A stretch of 63,180 bases of DNA, counting the filler. It is 5 parts of 5 records of this genome, joined end to end, with 100 filler letters (N's around TTAATTAATTAA, not from the genome) between each part and the next. Parts side by side here need not be neighbours in the genome. Positions count along the whole stretch, not along the records: positions 17,707 to 38,277 come from SRR2962707_2580; positions 38,378 to 44,068 come from SRR2962707_2587; 3 more parts are not named here. One strand, 5' to 3'. The notes under the pieces were generated by a model, which saw only the letters and a program-made list of their open reading frames with translations, had not been told where the DNA came from and made no database searches. A program made the position numbers and the translations under genes. Numbering within the stretch: position 1 is the first letter of the stretch; the number at the start of each line of letters is the position of its first letter. This document shows, in pieces, positions 29,974-41,899 of this stretch.

Positions 29974-30026
29974 TGGATTGTTATCGGTTCCATGTCGTTA
30001 TTCAGACTACCGGGCTTCCGGATTTG

Positions 30027-31673
30027 TTAGATCATCCGTCCATGGTGGGCGAATGTAATGCGGAAACAACAGCCGGGCTGGTTGTCATCTACCAGGGACA
30101 GGTGAGCCTGATTAGCCTCGCACAGTTCTCGAGCCAGATAAAGGCCGAGTCCCGTCCCACTCTTGTCGGTTGTGAAAAAAGGTTCAAAAACAGACACGCG
30201 GTGCTCCGGAGCGATGCCCGGGCCGAAATCGCGAACATCCACGTAGGCGCGCTCGCCATCGGCGGCCACACCTGCATACAGTTCTATGCGCCGTTCGCCG
30301 GTCGCCTGTTTACTATACCGGAGGCCATTGTCACAGAGGTTGACCATCACTTGTTCAATCTGGCTGACATCAAAGCGCGCCAGGGGTAGGTTGCGTTCGG
30401 TGCGAAGCAGAATCTCGTCGGATTTCTGGTGTTCGTTACTCTGGGTTTGCAGGTAATCGTCGCGGAACGCGGATAACCATTTGTCGACGTCAATGAGGTC
30501 GGTGTCGGCAGCGCGTCGTCTCGACAGGTCAAGCACATTTTCGATGATGCCGTTAACCCGTCGGGAATGCCGTTCGATGATGTCCAGCATTTTGCGATCC
30601 CCCTCATCCAGGTTGGGGGATTCGTTCATCAATTGGGACGCGTGGCTGATGGCCCCCAGCGGGTTCCGAATTTCATGGGCAATACCTGCGGTCAGCCGCC
30701 CCAGGGACGCCAGCTTCATTTGCTGGGCCTGTTGCGTCACCCTGCTCATGTCATCGATAAATACCAGGATCTGGTCGCCGCGCTGCTGATCGAGCTGAGT
30801 GAAATTGGCCTGTACCACGGGCGAGGTTTGTGTAGCCTGGAAAGGTTCTGTTCTGCGGGCAGGGTCTTTCAGCCAGGCATCGAGGCCTCTTCGGAGCGGC
30901 CGTGGCAGATTTCGTCCCCGGCTGGGTAATTTCGAGTCCTCGGTGGCAGTGCCAAACAGCAATTCTTCCGCAGCAGCATTAGCCAGGCGGATTCGCCCGA
31001 ACCGGTCGAGAACAAGTATGCCGGTTCTCATGCGCTGGATAATCTGGCGATTGATCTGCTCCAGTTCGGCAATGCTGCGGGCTCGGGAACTGGCAAGCGC
31101 TTCGCTTCGCAGCATGCGCCGCGATATGTATTGGAGGATGAACGCTGCGGCAAAATAGAGAATGCCCAGGGAGCCAGCGCGAACAATTTCATCGGCGGAG
31201 TCATCAAACACCAGCACGGACCAGGCCGAGATGCCCAGAGAACAGATAGCACCCAACGCCGCGTAGAAGGTGCCAATCCTGGTGGGGGTCAGGATATTAC
31301 CTGCAGCCACGGAAACGATAACCAGATTCGCCAGGCCATTGGTAATGCCGGTGCTGGCAATCAGGAGTCCATGCAGGAGCAGGATGTCCATCAATATGGA
31401 TACTGTGATATGGCGGCTTCTGGGCTGAAACCCTGCCAGCATTGTCAGGGCAATGAAGCCATTGATGGCGAGATAGCAGACCACCCCGGCCTGGTAATAA
31501 TCCATTGCCCGGAAGCGGGAGTCGAAGTTTATTGGGTCCACAAACAGCAACGCCACCAGTATAACGCTGACGACAACGCGGTAGTGGTTATAGATCCGAA
31601 ACAGCCGGCCCCGCTGGTTTGAGGGTGGTGTATCGGTAATGGGCTGCTGATCAGGAGTGGTTGGTTGCGCCAT
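30027..31673 (-). CDS. pilS: Sensor histidine kinase PilS
   Basis: Six TM segments, PAS-like region, AHEIRNPL, FEPFFTT, GTGLGL; upstream of pilR. Confidence 0.93.
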   Translation of the reverse strand: MAQPTTPDQQPITDTPPSNQRGRLFRIYNHYRVVVSVILVALLFVDPINFDSRFRAMDYYQAGVVCYLAINGFIALTMLAGFQPRSRHITVSILMDILLLHGLLIASTGITNGLANLVIVSVAAGNILTPTRIGTFYAALGAICSLGISAWSVLVFDDSADEIVRAGSLGILYFAAAFILQYISRRMLRSEALASSRARSIAELEQINRQIIQRMRTGILVLDRFGRIRLANAAAEELLFGTATEDSKLPSRGRNLPRPLRRGLDAWLKDPARRTEPFQATQTSPVVQANFTQLDQQRGDQILVFIDDMSRVTQQAQQMKLASLGRLTAGIAHEIRNPLGAISHASQLMNESPNLDEGDRKMLDIIERHSRRVNGIIENVLDLSRRRAADTDLIDVDKWLSAFRDDYLQTQSNEHQKSDEILLRTERNLPLARFDVSQIEQVMVNLCDNGLRYSKQATGERRIELYAGVAADGERAYVDVRDFGPGIAPEHRVSVFEPFFTTDKSGTGLGLYLARELCEANQAHLSLVDDNQPGCCFRITFAHHGRMI

Positions 31674-31758
31674 CGTCCAGTGGATATCCCGCGAGAATTC
31701 TGATGTCTTGCGGGGTTATAATAGCCTTTTAATGGCAATGAGTTACAGGAGCTGCGTT

Positions 31759-33411
31759 ATGTCCGTGCAAAAGGATGGTCAGGGGCCCGGAAAACTTCGG
31801 GTAGTGATGGCCCAACTCGATTTTCTGGTGGGCGATATCCCTGGCAATACCCAAAAGGTGATTGAGGCGACCCGACGCGCGGAACAGGAGCATCAGGCGG
31901 ATCTGGTTGTGTTCCCGGAATTGTGTCTTACCGGTTACCCACCGGAAGACCTTTTATTAAGACCCAGTATGGATGTGCGCGTTGCAGACGCGCTGGAAAC
32001 CTTGCGCGGGGAGCATCTGGGCCCCGCCATCATCGTGGGGGCTCCGATACGGGAGGGCGCTCTACTTTACAACGCTGCGGTCGCCATTGAGCAGGGAAAT
32101 ATAACCGGTCGCTACTTCAAGCGGTTTCCTCCCAATTATCAGGTTTTCGACGAGAAGCGCTATTTTGCCAATGGCGTGGATACTCTGGTCATGGATATCA
32201 AAGGGGTGCCAGTGGGCATTACCATCTGTGAGGACATTTGGAGCGAGGGGCCGGTGGAAGACGCTGCCGCGGCAGGCGCCAGACTGGTCGTCAACCTCAA
32301 TGCATCACCCTACGATATTGACAAGCAGGTGCGGCGAAAGGCTCTGGTAGAACGCAAGGCTTTTGAGAATCGGGTGAGTATTGTCTACGTCAATCTGATT
32401 GGCGGGCAGGACGAACTGGTCTTTGATGGTGGCTCTGTGGTTTACGACCATTCCGGGGTGCTTGCAGCCGAAGCACCACAGTTCAGCGAAGGGCTCTATC
32501 CGGTGGACTTCGTCTGTGAGCATCATTGCCAGCCAATCCCGCAGCCTGCCGTTGCCGAACCGTCGCTGGAGGAAAATGTCTACAAGGCCCTGGTCCTGGG
32601 AGTGCGGGACTACGTCAACAAGAATGGTTTTAAATCCGTTGTTCTGGGGCTCTCCGGCGGTATCGATTCAGCGGTGACTCTGGCTGTTGCGGCGGATGCC
32701 CTGGGGGCCGACCGGGTACGCGCGGTGATGATGCCTTTTCGCTATACCTCGGGTATGAGTATTGAAGACGCGGAAGCCGAGGCAGTGGCCCTGGGCGTTC
32801 AATACGACGTGTTCTCCATTGAGCCGATGTACGATGCCTTTATGAAAACATTGGCGACCCCGTTTGAGGGCACGCAACCTGACACCACCGAGGAGAATCT
32901 GCAGGCCCGGCTGCGGGGCGTTCTGTTGATGTCTCTGTCCAACAAGTTCGGTTCGCTGGTGCTGACGACTGGCAACAAAAGTGAAATGGCGGTGGGCTAC
33001 TCGACCCTGTACGGGGATATGGCCGGCGGCTTTGATGTGCTCAAGGACGTTCCCAAAACCCTGGTTTTTCGCCTCGCCTGGTATCGCAACAGTGTTTCGC
33101 AGGTGATTCCGGAACGGGTCATTACCCGTCCGCCGTCGGCAGAGCTGGCACCGGATCAGAAAGACGAGGATAGCCTGCCGGGATACGACGTTCTCGATCA
33201 GATCCTCAATCTCTACGTGGAGCGGGATCTCAGTGCCGATGCCATTGTGGCTCAGGGGTTCGACAGGGCGGATGTCGATCGCGTGGTGCGGCTGGTGGAT
33301 ATTAACGAATATAAGCGCAGGCAGGCGCCGATAGGCGTGAGAATTACCGAAAGGGGGTTTGGTAAGGATCGGCGTTACCCGATTACCAATGGCTGGAAAA
33401 GTGGAAAGTAG
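31759..33411 (+). CDS. nadE: Glutamine-dependent NAD+ synthetase
   Basis: Nitrilase domain FPEL/ICED, GLSGGIDS, ENLQAR, TGNKSE, PSAEL, EYKRRQ. Confidence 0.96.
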   Translation: MSVQKDGQGPGKLRVVMAQLDFLVGDIPGNTQKVIEATRRAEQEHQADLVVFPELCLTGYPPEDLLLRPSMDVRVADALETLRGEHLGPAIIVGAPIREGALLYNAAVAIEQGNITGRYFKRFPPNYQVFDEKRYFANGVDTLVMDIKGVPVGITICEDIWSEGPVEDAAAAGARLVVNLNASPYDIDKQVRRKALVERKAFENRVSIVYVNLIGGQDELVFDGGSVVYDHSGVLAAEAPQFSEGLYPVDFVCEHHCQPIPQPAVAEPSLEENVYKALVLGVRDYVNKNGFKSVVLGLSGGIDSAVTLAVAADALGADRVRAVMMPFRYTSGMSIEDAEAEAVALGVQYDVFSIEPMYDAFMKTLATPFEGTQPDTTEENLQARLRGVLLMSLSNKFGSLVLTTGNKSEMAVGYSTLYGDMAGGFDVLKDVPKTLVFRLAWYRNSVSQVIPERVITRPPSAELAPDQKDEDSLPGYDVLDQILNLYVERDLSADAIVAQGFDRADVDRVVRLVDINEYKRRQAPIGVRITERGFGKDRRYPITNGWKSGK

Positions 33412-33419
33412 ATTGCGGT

Positions 33420-33447
33420 AGGGCTGCCTGATTGCTCGGGCAGCCCT
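33420..33447. terminator. Hairpin between convergent nadE and bamD
   Basis: AGGGCTGCCTGA-TTGC-TCGGGCAGCCCT. Confidence 0.6.
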
Positions 33448-33455
33448 GCCAAATG

Positions 33456-34292
33456 TTATTCGTCGCCCATCAGGCCGAAGGTGACCACGCTAGACAGGGA
33501 GCGGTCCTCGCGTTTGAGGATGTCTGGCTGGAACTCTCCGTTCTCATTGAAGGCCGTGCTGTCCGGGAAGTTCTCTTTCAGCATTGCCACGGCATCCGTT
33601 GCTCCTTTTTTCAGATCCATGAAACGGAACGTTTCCGCCAGGATGATCAAGGCTTCTTCGACGGACGGCGTCGTTGAATAATTTTCGATAATGTATCGAG
33701 CTCGGTTGTTCGCCGCGATGTAGGCTTCACGGCTGATGTAATATCGTGCCGCGTAAAGTTCCAGTTCAGCCAGGCGGTTGCGGATCGCAATCATGCGCTG
33801 GCGGGCATCTGGGGCGTATTCGCTGGAGGGGTAGCGGTTCAGCAGCTCGGAAAAGTCCCGGAACGCCTGGCGCTGTTCGCCGGGGTCTCTTGCCGAAACG
33901 TCCACCGGGAAGTAGCGGGCAGCCAGGCCAATATCCAGATTATAGGATGCCAGGCCTCGCATATAGAGCGCATAGTCGGCGTGATCGCTCTGTGGATTCA
34001 GTCTGAGAAAACGGTCTGCCGCCGCGCGGGCCCCTTCCAGGTCAAGATTCTGGTAGCGGGCATAAATGAGGTCCAATTGGGCCTGTTCCGCATAGCGGCC
34101 AAATGGGTAGTAGGTTTCCAGATAGTCGAGGTTCTGCTCGGCTTCGTTGAAGTTGCCCGAGTTCATCGCATCGCGGGCATTTTCGTAATAGGTTTGTTCC
34201 GGCAGTACTTCTTCCTGCTTATCGTTCGATGCGCAGGCACTGATGAATAGCGCTGCGGTGGTGACTAGCAGTAATCGGACAACTGATCTCAT
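33456..34292 (-). CDS. bamD: Outer membrane protein assembly factor BamD (ComL)
   Basis: Lipobox ISAC, YPFGRYAEQAQLDLIYA, TPR repeats; divergent from rluD. Confidence 0.95.
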   Translation of the reverse strand: MRSVVRLLLVTTAALFISACASNDKQEEVLPEQTYYENARDAMNSGNFNEAEQNLDYLETYYPFGRYAEQAQLDLIYARYQNLDLEGARAAADRFLRLNPQSDHADYALYMRGLASYNLDIGLAARYFPVDVSARDPGEQRQAFRDFSELLNRYPSSEYAPDARQRMIAIRNRLAELELYAARYYISREAYIAANNRARYIIENYSTTPSVEEALIILAETFRFMDLKKGATDAVAMLKENFPDSTAFNENGEFQPDILKREDRSLSSVVTFGLMGDE

Positions 34293-34428
34293 GCCGGAAT
34301 CCCGTATAATGGCAAAATTCGAAACGACGGCCATTGTAACGGGGATCCGTTCACATGTGCAGTGGCACGCGCCGTGGATTCAGAAATTCTGACTCAAACG
34401 TAACACTCATACCGGCCCCGGGGGCTCA

Positions 34429-35406
34429 ATGTCATCTGAAAACCGTATTATCGCCAGCTTCTCCATTCCACCGGAGCACAGCGACCGCCGCCTGGATCAG
34501 GCTGCGGCCGAACTGATGCCGGAGCACTCGCGCTCCCGACTACAGGGCTGGATCAAAAGCGGCGCACTGACGGTCAATGGAAAAACCTGTAAGCCCCGGG
34601 ACAAGGTAATGCTGGGCGACCGGCTCGATCTGGACGCGGAGCCGGAAGCGCAAGTCAGTTGGGAAGCGGAATCGATAGACCTGGATATTGTGTATGAAGA
34701 CGAGCACCTGTTGGTCATTAACAAGCCTGCGGGCCTCGTGGTCCACCCGGCGGCAGGCCACGCTGACGGCACCCTGGTCAATGCCTTGCTCAACCATGCC
34801 CCGGAAGTGGAGAACCTGCCCAGAGCAGGGATTGTGCATCGTCTCGATAAAGATACGTCTGGCATCATGGTGGTAGCGCGCAGCCTGATTGCTCATACAT
34901 CGCTGGTCGACCAGTTGCAGACCCGGACCATGGGGCGGGAATACGAAGCCATTGTGGTTGGCACCCTTACTGGAGGCTCGACGGTGGATGCACCGATTGG
35001 TCGTCATCCCCGTGAACGCAAGAAAATGGCGGTTGTGCCCACCGGTAAGCCGGCGGTAACGCATTATCGCCTGGTGGAGCGCTTCGCAGCGCACACCCAC
35101 GTTCGCTGTAAGCTGGAGAGCGGCCGTACCCACCAGATACGGGTGCATATGGCCCACGTGAAACATCCATTGGTGGGCGACCCTCAGTATGGCGGTCGGC
35201 TACGTCTGCCGAAAGGCACAACAGACGAACTGAGGGACGTGCTTGCCAGTTTCCAGCGGCAGGCGCTCCATGCACGCCAGTTGACGTTGGAGCACCCGCA
35301 AACCGGTGAGATACTGACTTGGGAGGTACCACTGCCCGATGACATCGAGGGTCTGCTGGCCGCACTTCGAAAGCACGTTAAGGAGTTGGAGAACCATGAC
35401 GTCTGA
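34429..35406 (+). CDS. rluD: 23S rRNA pseudouridine synthase RluD
   Basis: S4 domain, NKPAGLVVHP, HRLDKDTSG, GRTHQIRVH, QALHA. Confidence 0.96.
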   Translation: MSSENRIIASFSIPPEHSDRRLDQAAAELMPEHSRSRLQGWIKSGALTVNGKTCKPRDKVMLGDRLDLDAEPEAQVSWEAESIDLDIVYEDEHLLVINKPAGLVVHPAAGHADGTLVNALLNHAPEVENLPRAGIVHRLDKDTSGIMVVARSLIAHTSLVDQLQTRTMGREYEAIVVGTLTGGSTVDAPIGRHPRERKKMAVVPTGKPAVTHYRLVERFAAHTHVRCKLESGRTHQIRVHMAHVKHPLVGDPQYGGRLRLPKGTTDELRDVLASFQRQALHARQLTLEHPQTGEILTWEVPLPDDIEGLLAALRKHVKELENHDV

Positions 35407-36139
35407 ACTGCCGGTGATTGTCCCTGACTGGCCCGCTCCGTCTTGGGTGCATGCCGCATGCACGACGAGAATGGGCGGGGTCAGCCAGGCGCCGTGGCAA
35501 TCCCTGAACCTCGGCACGCATGTGGGAGATCATCCCGATGATGTTGCGAAAAATCGGTCCCTGCTTGGGCAGTGGGCTGAGCCCGGCGCTCAGTCGTTCG
35601 GTTGGCTTAACCAGGTTCATGGTACTGACGTTGTTGAGTTGCCGCAGTCGGGTGCGGTCACCGCGGATGCCAGTGTGACCTCCCAGCCTGGGGTGGCATG
35701 TGTGGTGATGACAGCGGACTGTCTTCCGGTGCTTTTCTGTAACCCCGCCAGTGGCCAGGTGGCCGCTGCCCATGCTGGCTGGCGCGGCTTGTGTGGTGGT
35801 GTTCTGGAGCGAACGGTTGAGTATCTGGGTAATCCTGCTGCCGTCCTGGCGTGGTTGGGGCCGGCCATTGGTCCTGAGCAGTTTGAGGTTGGCCCCGAGG
35901 TCAGGGAGGCTTTCCTGATGAGCGATTCCCAATCGGGTGATGCATTCATTTCCAGCCCTCGAAATCCTACCCATTATCTTGCGGATATCTATGAGCTTGC
36001 CCGGCAGAGGCTGGCAATGGCAGGTGTGCTTCAGGTCTACGGTGGTGAATTCTGCACGGTGACCGATCGTGAGCGTTTTTTCTCCTATCGTCGAGACGGG
36101 CAAACCGGGAGAATGGCAAGCCTGATATTCATCTCATGA
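35396..36139 (+). CDS. pgeF: Peptidoglycan editing factor / purine nucleoside enzyme YfiH
   Basis: TTRMGGVS, LNLGTHVGD, NQVHG, TADCLPV, HAGWRG, FSYRR. Confidence 0.95.
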   Translation: MTSELPVIVPDWPAPSWVHAACTTRMGGVSQAPWQSLNLGTHVGDHPDDVAKNRSLLGQWAEPGAQSFGWLNQVHGTDVVELPQSGAVTADASVTSQPGVACVVMTADCLPVLFCNPASGQVAAAHAGWRGLCGGVLERTVEYLGNPAAVLAWLGPAIGPEQFEVGPEVREAFLMSDSQSGDAFISSPRNPTHYLADIYELARQRLAMAGVLQVYGGEFCTVTDRERFFSYRRDGQTGRMASLIFIS

Positions 36140-36176
36140 CATTCGTCAATTTTCTGACACTTTCCCGTCCGGTCTG

Positions 36177-36204
36177 CTTGAACTCCCACCAATCGCCCCT
36201 ACAT
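36177..36204 (+). promoter_or_regulatory. Putative sigma-32 heat-shock promoter of clpB
   Basis: CTTGAA-N13-CCCCTACAT resembles CTTGAA-N13/14-CCCCATAT. Confidence 0.6.
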
Positions 36205-36282
36205 TAACTGTCAAAGCAGACGCAATGTCGCCGATGGAATTCTCCCATCGGTTCAGTGACAGAGATTTGGGAAGACCGAATT

Positions 36283-38277
36283 ATGAGAATCGACAAACTG
36301 ACCAGCAAACTCCAGACAGCACTGGCCGACGCCCAGTCGCTAGCGGTAGGCAGGGATCACAACTTTATAGAACCCGTGCACCTGATGCAGGCGCTGATGG
36401 ACCAGGAAGGCAGCTCCATCAAGCCGCTGTTGAAACAATCGGGCGCTGAGCCTTCCCGGATACGCCAGGCTGTGGCCCGGGAGATTGAAAACCTGCCGGA
36501 AGTGCAGGGCTCTGCCGGCGATGTCTCTATGTCAAACGATATGGGCCGGCTCTTCAATATTGCCGACAAGCTGGCGCAGAAACGTGGTGACCAGTTCATT
36601 TCCAGCGAATTGCTGCTGCTGGCCGCACTAGAGGATCGGGGCAGCCTTGGGCGGGTTCTGCGGGAGCAGGGTGTCGACAAATCCGCATTGGAGCGTGCCA
36701 TCGATGAGGTCAGAGGCGGTGAGTCGGTTGACGATGCGTCTGCAGAAGAGCATCGACAGGCGCTTTCCAAATACACCATTGATCTGACCGAACGTGCCGA
36801 GGCTGGCAAATTGGACCCGGTGATTGGTCGCGATGATGAAATCCGTCGGACCATTCAGGTACTGCAGCGTCGTCGCAAGAACAATCCGGTGCTCATTGGT
36901 GAGCCCGGTGTGGGTAAAACCGCAATTGTAGAAGGACTTGCCCAGCGCATTGTCAACGGCGAGGTGCCAGAAGGGCTCAAGAACAAGCGCGTGCTGTCTT
37001 TGGATATGGGCTCGCTGATTGCGGGCGCCAAGTTCCGGGGTGAGTTTGAAGAGCGCCTCAAATCTGTGCTGAATGAGTTGTCCAAGCAGGAAGGGCAGAT
37101 CATCCTGTTCATCGACGAAATTCACACCATGGTCGGCGCCGGTAAAGCGGAAGGTTCCATGGACGCCGGCAATATGCTCAAGCCCGCCCTGTCGCGCGGG
37201 GAGTTACATTGCGTGGGCGCCACCACCCTTGACGAGTATCGCGAGAATATTGAGAAAGACGCGGCCCTTGAGCGTCGGTTCCAGAAGGTATTGGTCTCCG
37301 AGCCTACCGAGGAGGACACCATAGCGATCCTCCGCGGCCTGAAGGAGCGCTACGAAGTTCATCACGGCGTGGAAGTCACAGACGGTGCCATCATCGCAGC
37401 GGCCAAGTTGTCTCATCGTTACATCGCTGACCGTCAGTTGCCGGACAAGGCCATTGATCTGGTGGATGAGGCTGCAAGCCAGATCCGCATGGAGATGGAC
37501 TCCAAGCCAGAAGCGCTGGATCGCCTTGAGCGGCGTTTGATCCAATTGAAAATAGAGCGGGAGGCGTTGAAAAAGGAAACCGATGCCGCCTCCAAGAAGC
37601 GGCTTTCTGAGCTCTCGGATGTCATCTCCGGTATCGAGCGTGAGTACGCGGACCTGGAAGAGGTCTGGAATACCGAAAAAGCGGCACTGCATGGTTCCCA
37701 GAAGATCAAGAGCCAACTGGAACAAGCCCGGATCGACCTGGAAAATGCCCGCCGTGCCGGCGATCTCGGGCGCATGTCGGAGTTGCAATACGGCAGGATT
37801 CCGGAGCTGGAGCGCCAACTGGATATGGCGAGCCAGGCGGAAATGATGGAGATGAAGCTGCTGCGTAACCGCGTGACCGATGAGGAAATCGCCGAAGTGG
37901 TGTCCAAGTGGACGGGTATTCCGGTTTCGAAGATGCTCGAGGGCGAACGCGACAAGCTGATGCGAATGGAGGAAGCCCTCCATGGGCGTGTCATCGGTCA
38001 GGACGAAGCCGTTGAGGCCGTGTCCAACGCGGTTCGTCGGTCCCGTGCAGGACTGTCAGACCCTCACCGCCCTAATGGTTCTTTCCTGTTCCTGGGGCCG
38101 ACCGGTGTGGGTAAGACTGAGCTCTGCAAAGCCCTGGCGTCGTTCCTCTTTGATACCGAGGAGGCCATGGTTCGAATCGACATGTCTGAGTTCATGGAGA
38201 AGCATTCCGTCGCTCGGCTGATCGGTGCCCCTCCGGGATACGTTGGTTATGAAGAGGGTGGCTACCTGACCGAGGCC
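36283..38277 (+). CDS. clpB: Chaperone ClpB (truncated at contig end)
   Basis: [15 protein letters not shown]-domain coiled coil, [21 protein letters not shown]. Confidence 0.97.
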
Positions 38278-38377
38278 NNNNNNNNNNNNNNNNNNNNNNN
38301 NNNNNNNNNNNNNNNNNNNNNTTAATTAATTAANNNNNNNNNNNNNNNNNNNNNNNNNNNNNNNNNNNNNNNNNNNN
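38278..38377. other. Artificial contig linker
   Basis: N-run with TTAATTAATTAA core. Confidence 0.98.
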
Positions 38378-38405
38378 CACCACCACCACCACCACCACCA
38401 CCACC
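38378..38405 (+). repeat. (CAC/ACC)n microsatellite encoding poly-Thr
   Basis: In frame with the 38451-39254 ORF (TTTT...STTSTTKPLCKC). Confidence 0.8.
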
Positions 38406-41400
38406 TCTACGACTTCAACAACAAAGCCTCTTTGCAAATGCTCTTTTTGGGTGGGTGACATCGACGATGACGACGAAGAATTTTGCATGACGCCACTGCT
38501 GCCACTTCCGGGCATGTCGTCGTTGTTGACAGTCTGCACGCTGCCGGCCGGCCCAACTGCTTATGACGTGCCGACATGCTCCAAAATTTCAACGCGGTGT
38601 GTTAAAACGCGTCAACCTTCCGTAGCCCTCCCCGTCATTGCGGCAGACAACGCCGATCGTGTTCCAAGTGTATCGGATAGTACCGTAGGTGGTATATCAA
38701 ATCCGTCAGGCAAAGGAGGAGGCGCCGCCGCTGCAACTGCACTTGACCCTGTCGAAAGCGGCTTTGGAGTTGGATCACTGGCTCTCACATACAACTACAC
38801 CGACGACGAATGCATTGATGACCTTGTCATTACCACGCCTCACCCTTTCATTGAACCAGCATACTGCTGCGGTCGCAGGATATCGGAAACGCTGGTAGCG
38901 ACAGGACGCCACGGCGAGTCCTACAATGATCAAAAAATGCAGAATCCCAATCCTGGAATGCATTTCAAAGAAGTCAACAGCCATTCTGTTGTTGAGTACC
39001 AAGGCGGTGGTCCTGATGCTCGAGAAAAGCTTCTCGGCAAAAGAAAAAAAACAGCAAAAAAGCCTAAACCAAAACCTCCTCCGCCACCGCAGCCGCAATT
39101 CCCCCCGCCCCCGCCACCACTTCCAACGTTGCGAAAAGATTTCCCCCCCTTTCGTACACAATCAGAGCTGCCAAGGTTGGCACGCCCTTCCAGCTCTGAG
39201 ACTTGCAGAAAGCTCACTCACTCCGAGTGCACAAGCATGGCACAGGTTCTTTGATGCATGAAAATAGCACGACATGCATTTATTCGCTTGTACATCCCGG
39301 TTTCAGGCATTTTGGCCCCTAGGCACCTGCGTCACCCTGCGTTGCGCTTTGAACGCTGTAATTGTTTGTTGAACAGTCAGGGCGGTGTTGTTGGTTTACG
39401 CCTGCGGAAGAAGCGCTGCGAAGTGGTGAACAAGATGAGTGCCGAGCTGAAGGGCAATGTGCTGTTGACCCCATATCAATTGGAGTCGCTCCCACAGCGC
39501 TCGAACAAAGCCTTGAAGAAACGAGCCAGCCTCATGCAGTACTGCTCACAGGTGCAGGCGGGAGACTAGTGGCTCGCCCCGCAAAGCCCTCACCGCCAGG
39601 TACCGAGGTTGGTTGGCCCGAAGCCCTTTGCTCGCAGAACAGCACCATGGCTGCAATATGTAATCGGCCCGATGAGTTTGATTTCGATGGAGATGGAAGC
39701 GTAGGCGCTGAAGAAGCAACTGTGGCCTTTTTCGGTGTGAATGCCTGGTGTCAACGCGAAGGTGCTGCGCCTGAAAGTTCCACACCGAGTCAAATGGCCA
39801 TTGAAGCTTTTGGAGAGGCCACAATATGGGACCCAGAGCTTATGCAATTGATGTTTCGATACTGGGCCATGTTCCTCGTGCGCAACTCTACCGTTGCGAG
39901 CAGGGCTAGTATGCTTGTAACAGCATCCGAAGCTGTTGCTATCGTGAATTCTCAAATGATGCAAACGGATGGTGAGGAACCGTTGACTATAACATCAACC
40001 TTGCAACGCGAAACCACCACGGTCACGCCAACAACCCAGTCAATGAGTTTGCCACCGTCAGTCTTTCTCACTTTCGACGAGTGGATGGCAATGCTTCGTC
40101 GACCGCCCGTGCCCACTTCAGCGGAAGCAAGCCCGTGCAGTGAAGGATTGTGGATGAACGCGACGTTTTTGGACACCACCCTGCTGTCGTCGCTTCAGTT
40201 TCCATGGAGTGCGACAGTGACGGATTCGTCTACAACGAGCACTGCGCGTTGTCTTGGACTTGACGGTGGTGGTGAGTTCATCTCATTCCCGCCCTTGAAA
40301 GGGGCTGCAATAACAACAACTTCGATCGTCACACAGTGGGCCAAGGCGTTTCGCCACGGCGAAGAGTGTCCTGTGCCGGCATCGGTGATCGATAAGACGG
40401 CTCGTGCAATTCGCGAGCGCGATCGTGTGAGTGCTGTTCACTACTGTGCGTGCAATTTGCACGTTGTCGCCGCTGTGTCAAATTTCTGTGCGCTTAATGC
40501 GCAGCGCTCAGAAGACCGGCAAAGCCCCGCCGTTGGTGTGCTTCCGCCGCTTGGAATATTTCCAGAAAGATTGGCTTCATCGGGACGTGTGCATGTTCCT
40601 TTCCTCAATGATGCTGCCGGACTTTCACGCTGCTTGAAGGACGGACGAGTAGGGCAGCGGGATTTTGTTGAATGGTACGTGACACAACGCAAGAATCGTG
40701 TTGCTCGGGGACAGATTGTGGATCGATGGCAACAGATCGCACGCGACGTCCAGCGAGGCACAGCAAGTGCTGAACAACGAGCGTTAGTAGGAAGGGCAGT
40801 AACTCATCCAGCGTGGATTTACCTTCTTGCAAGTGATGTCTCCGCCGTCAACAGAAGCGAGGTCATTGCAGCGCAGGCTGCGAAACTCTTCGAGAGTATG
40901 CAACCGCAGCGAAACAGTTCAGCACCCGTTGAATCCATGGGTGCAATTGGTCTGGTAACTCGCGTACGTTGTTTGATCTTGCCAGGGTGGGTGGACCAAT
41001 GCTCAGTTTACATGCATCGTAGATCGAATGATTTGTCTTCTTGCTGCGTTTTTTTTGTGCGACCACTTGCGAAGCGGAACTTTTCTTCGCATCTTGTATA
41101 TGATCCAGTTCTTGACATCAATGGTGATGGAACCCTAACCGATGAGGAGCTTCTGGGTCTATTCGACGCCATGGACCGCGACGAAGACGGCCACATCTCT
41201 GCTGCTGACTTCGCTTCTGTGTATGCGGATCTTGCAGCCTCACCCATCGCCGATGGTGGGTCCGTGGACTCGGCGGTTCGTCGACGCATTGCGTCAAAAG
41301 TGTTCGCGAGTGTAAACACAATGTCCCCTCGGCGACGTGTTTCACTGCTGCTGCGTCGGCAAGCTTCAACCGCCCACACATCAGTTACATGCAGCCAAGG

Positions 41401-41899
41401 CAGAGTCACCCGGGCGGAACTGCGGCGCGTATGGCAAGAACCCGTTCTTGACTTGGACAGTAGCGGGTTGGTCGACTCAAAGGAGATCTCAGTTCTGTGG
41501 CGTGCATTGCTACGTGATCATCATGCTTTGAATCTGCCGAACATCACAAATGGCCCGCTATCCGTGTTCTTGGATCGAGTTGTGGCGCTTTATCAATTGT
41601 TGCAGTTAAATCCGGTTCTCAAGGCCACGTTTCTGAAAGGCAATCATACAGGCCTGCCATCGAGTCGTGGGAAGCGGAAAGAAGATGTCGAGCAACATAG
41701 TCTTGAGATTTCGAGCGACGACGGTGCCACCCAAAGCAATGGCACAACATCTGCCAGATCAGGAGAAATTGTTGACTCTTTCTTCTACACTGGCACCTCT
41801 GAATCGAAACCACTTTCGGTACGAAGCCGACCGCAAAATCGTGCCTGGGACTTTGTTGAAACGTGTTTGTTTATATTGGTTCCCATATTTTCCTGGTGA
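38379..41899 (+). CDS. Eukaryotic multi-exon gene: Thr/Pro/Cys-rich N-region plus multiple EF-hands (5' truncated, 3' end uncertain)
   Basis: EF-hand loops DFDGDGSVGAEE, DINGDGTLTDEE, DRDEDGHISAAD, DLDSSGLVDSKE; candidate GT-AG introns 39246-39376 and 40964-41074 keep the frame. Confidence 0.6.

Noticed and set aside
38378-38405. (CAC)n at the contig end as a telomere
   Set aside because: In frame with a Thr-rich coding region; the simple repeat more likely just broke the assembly.
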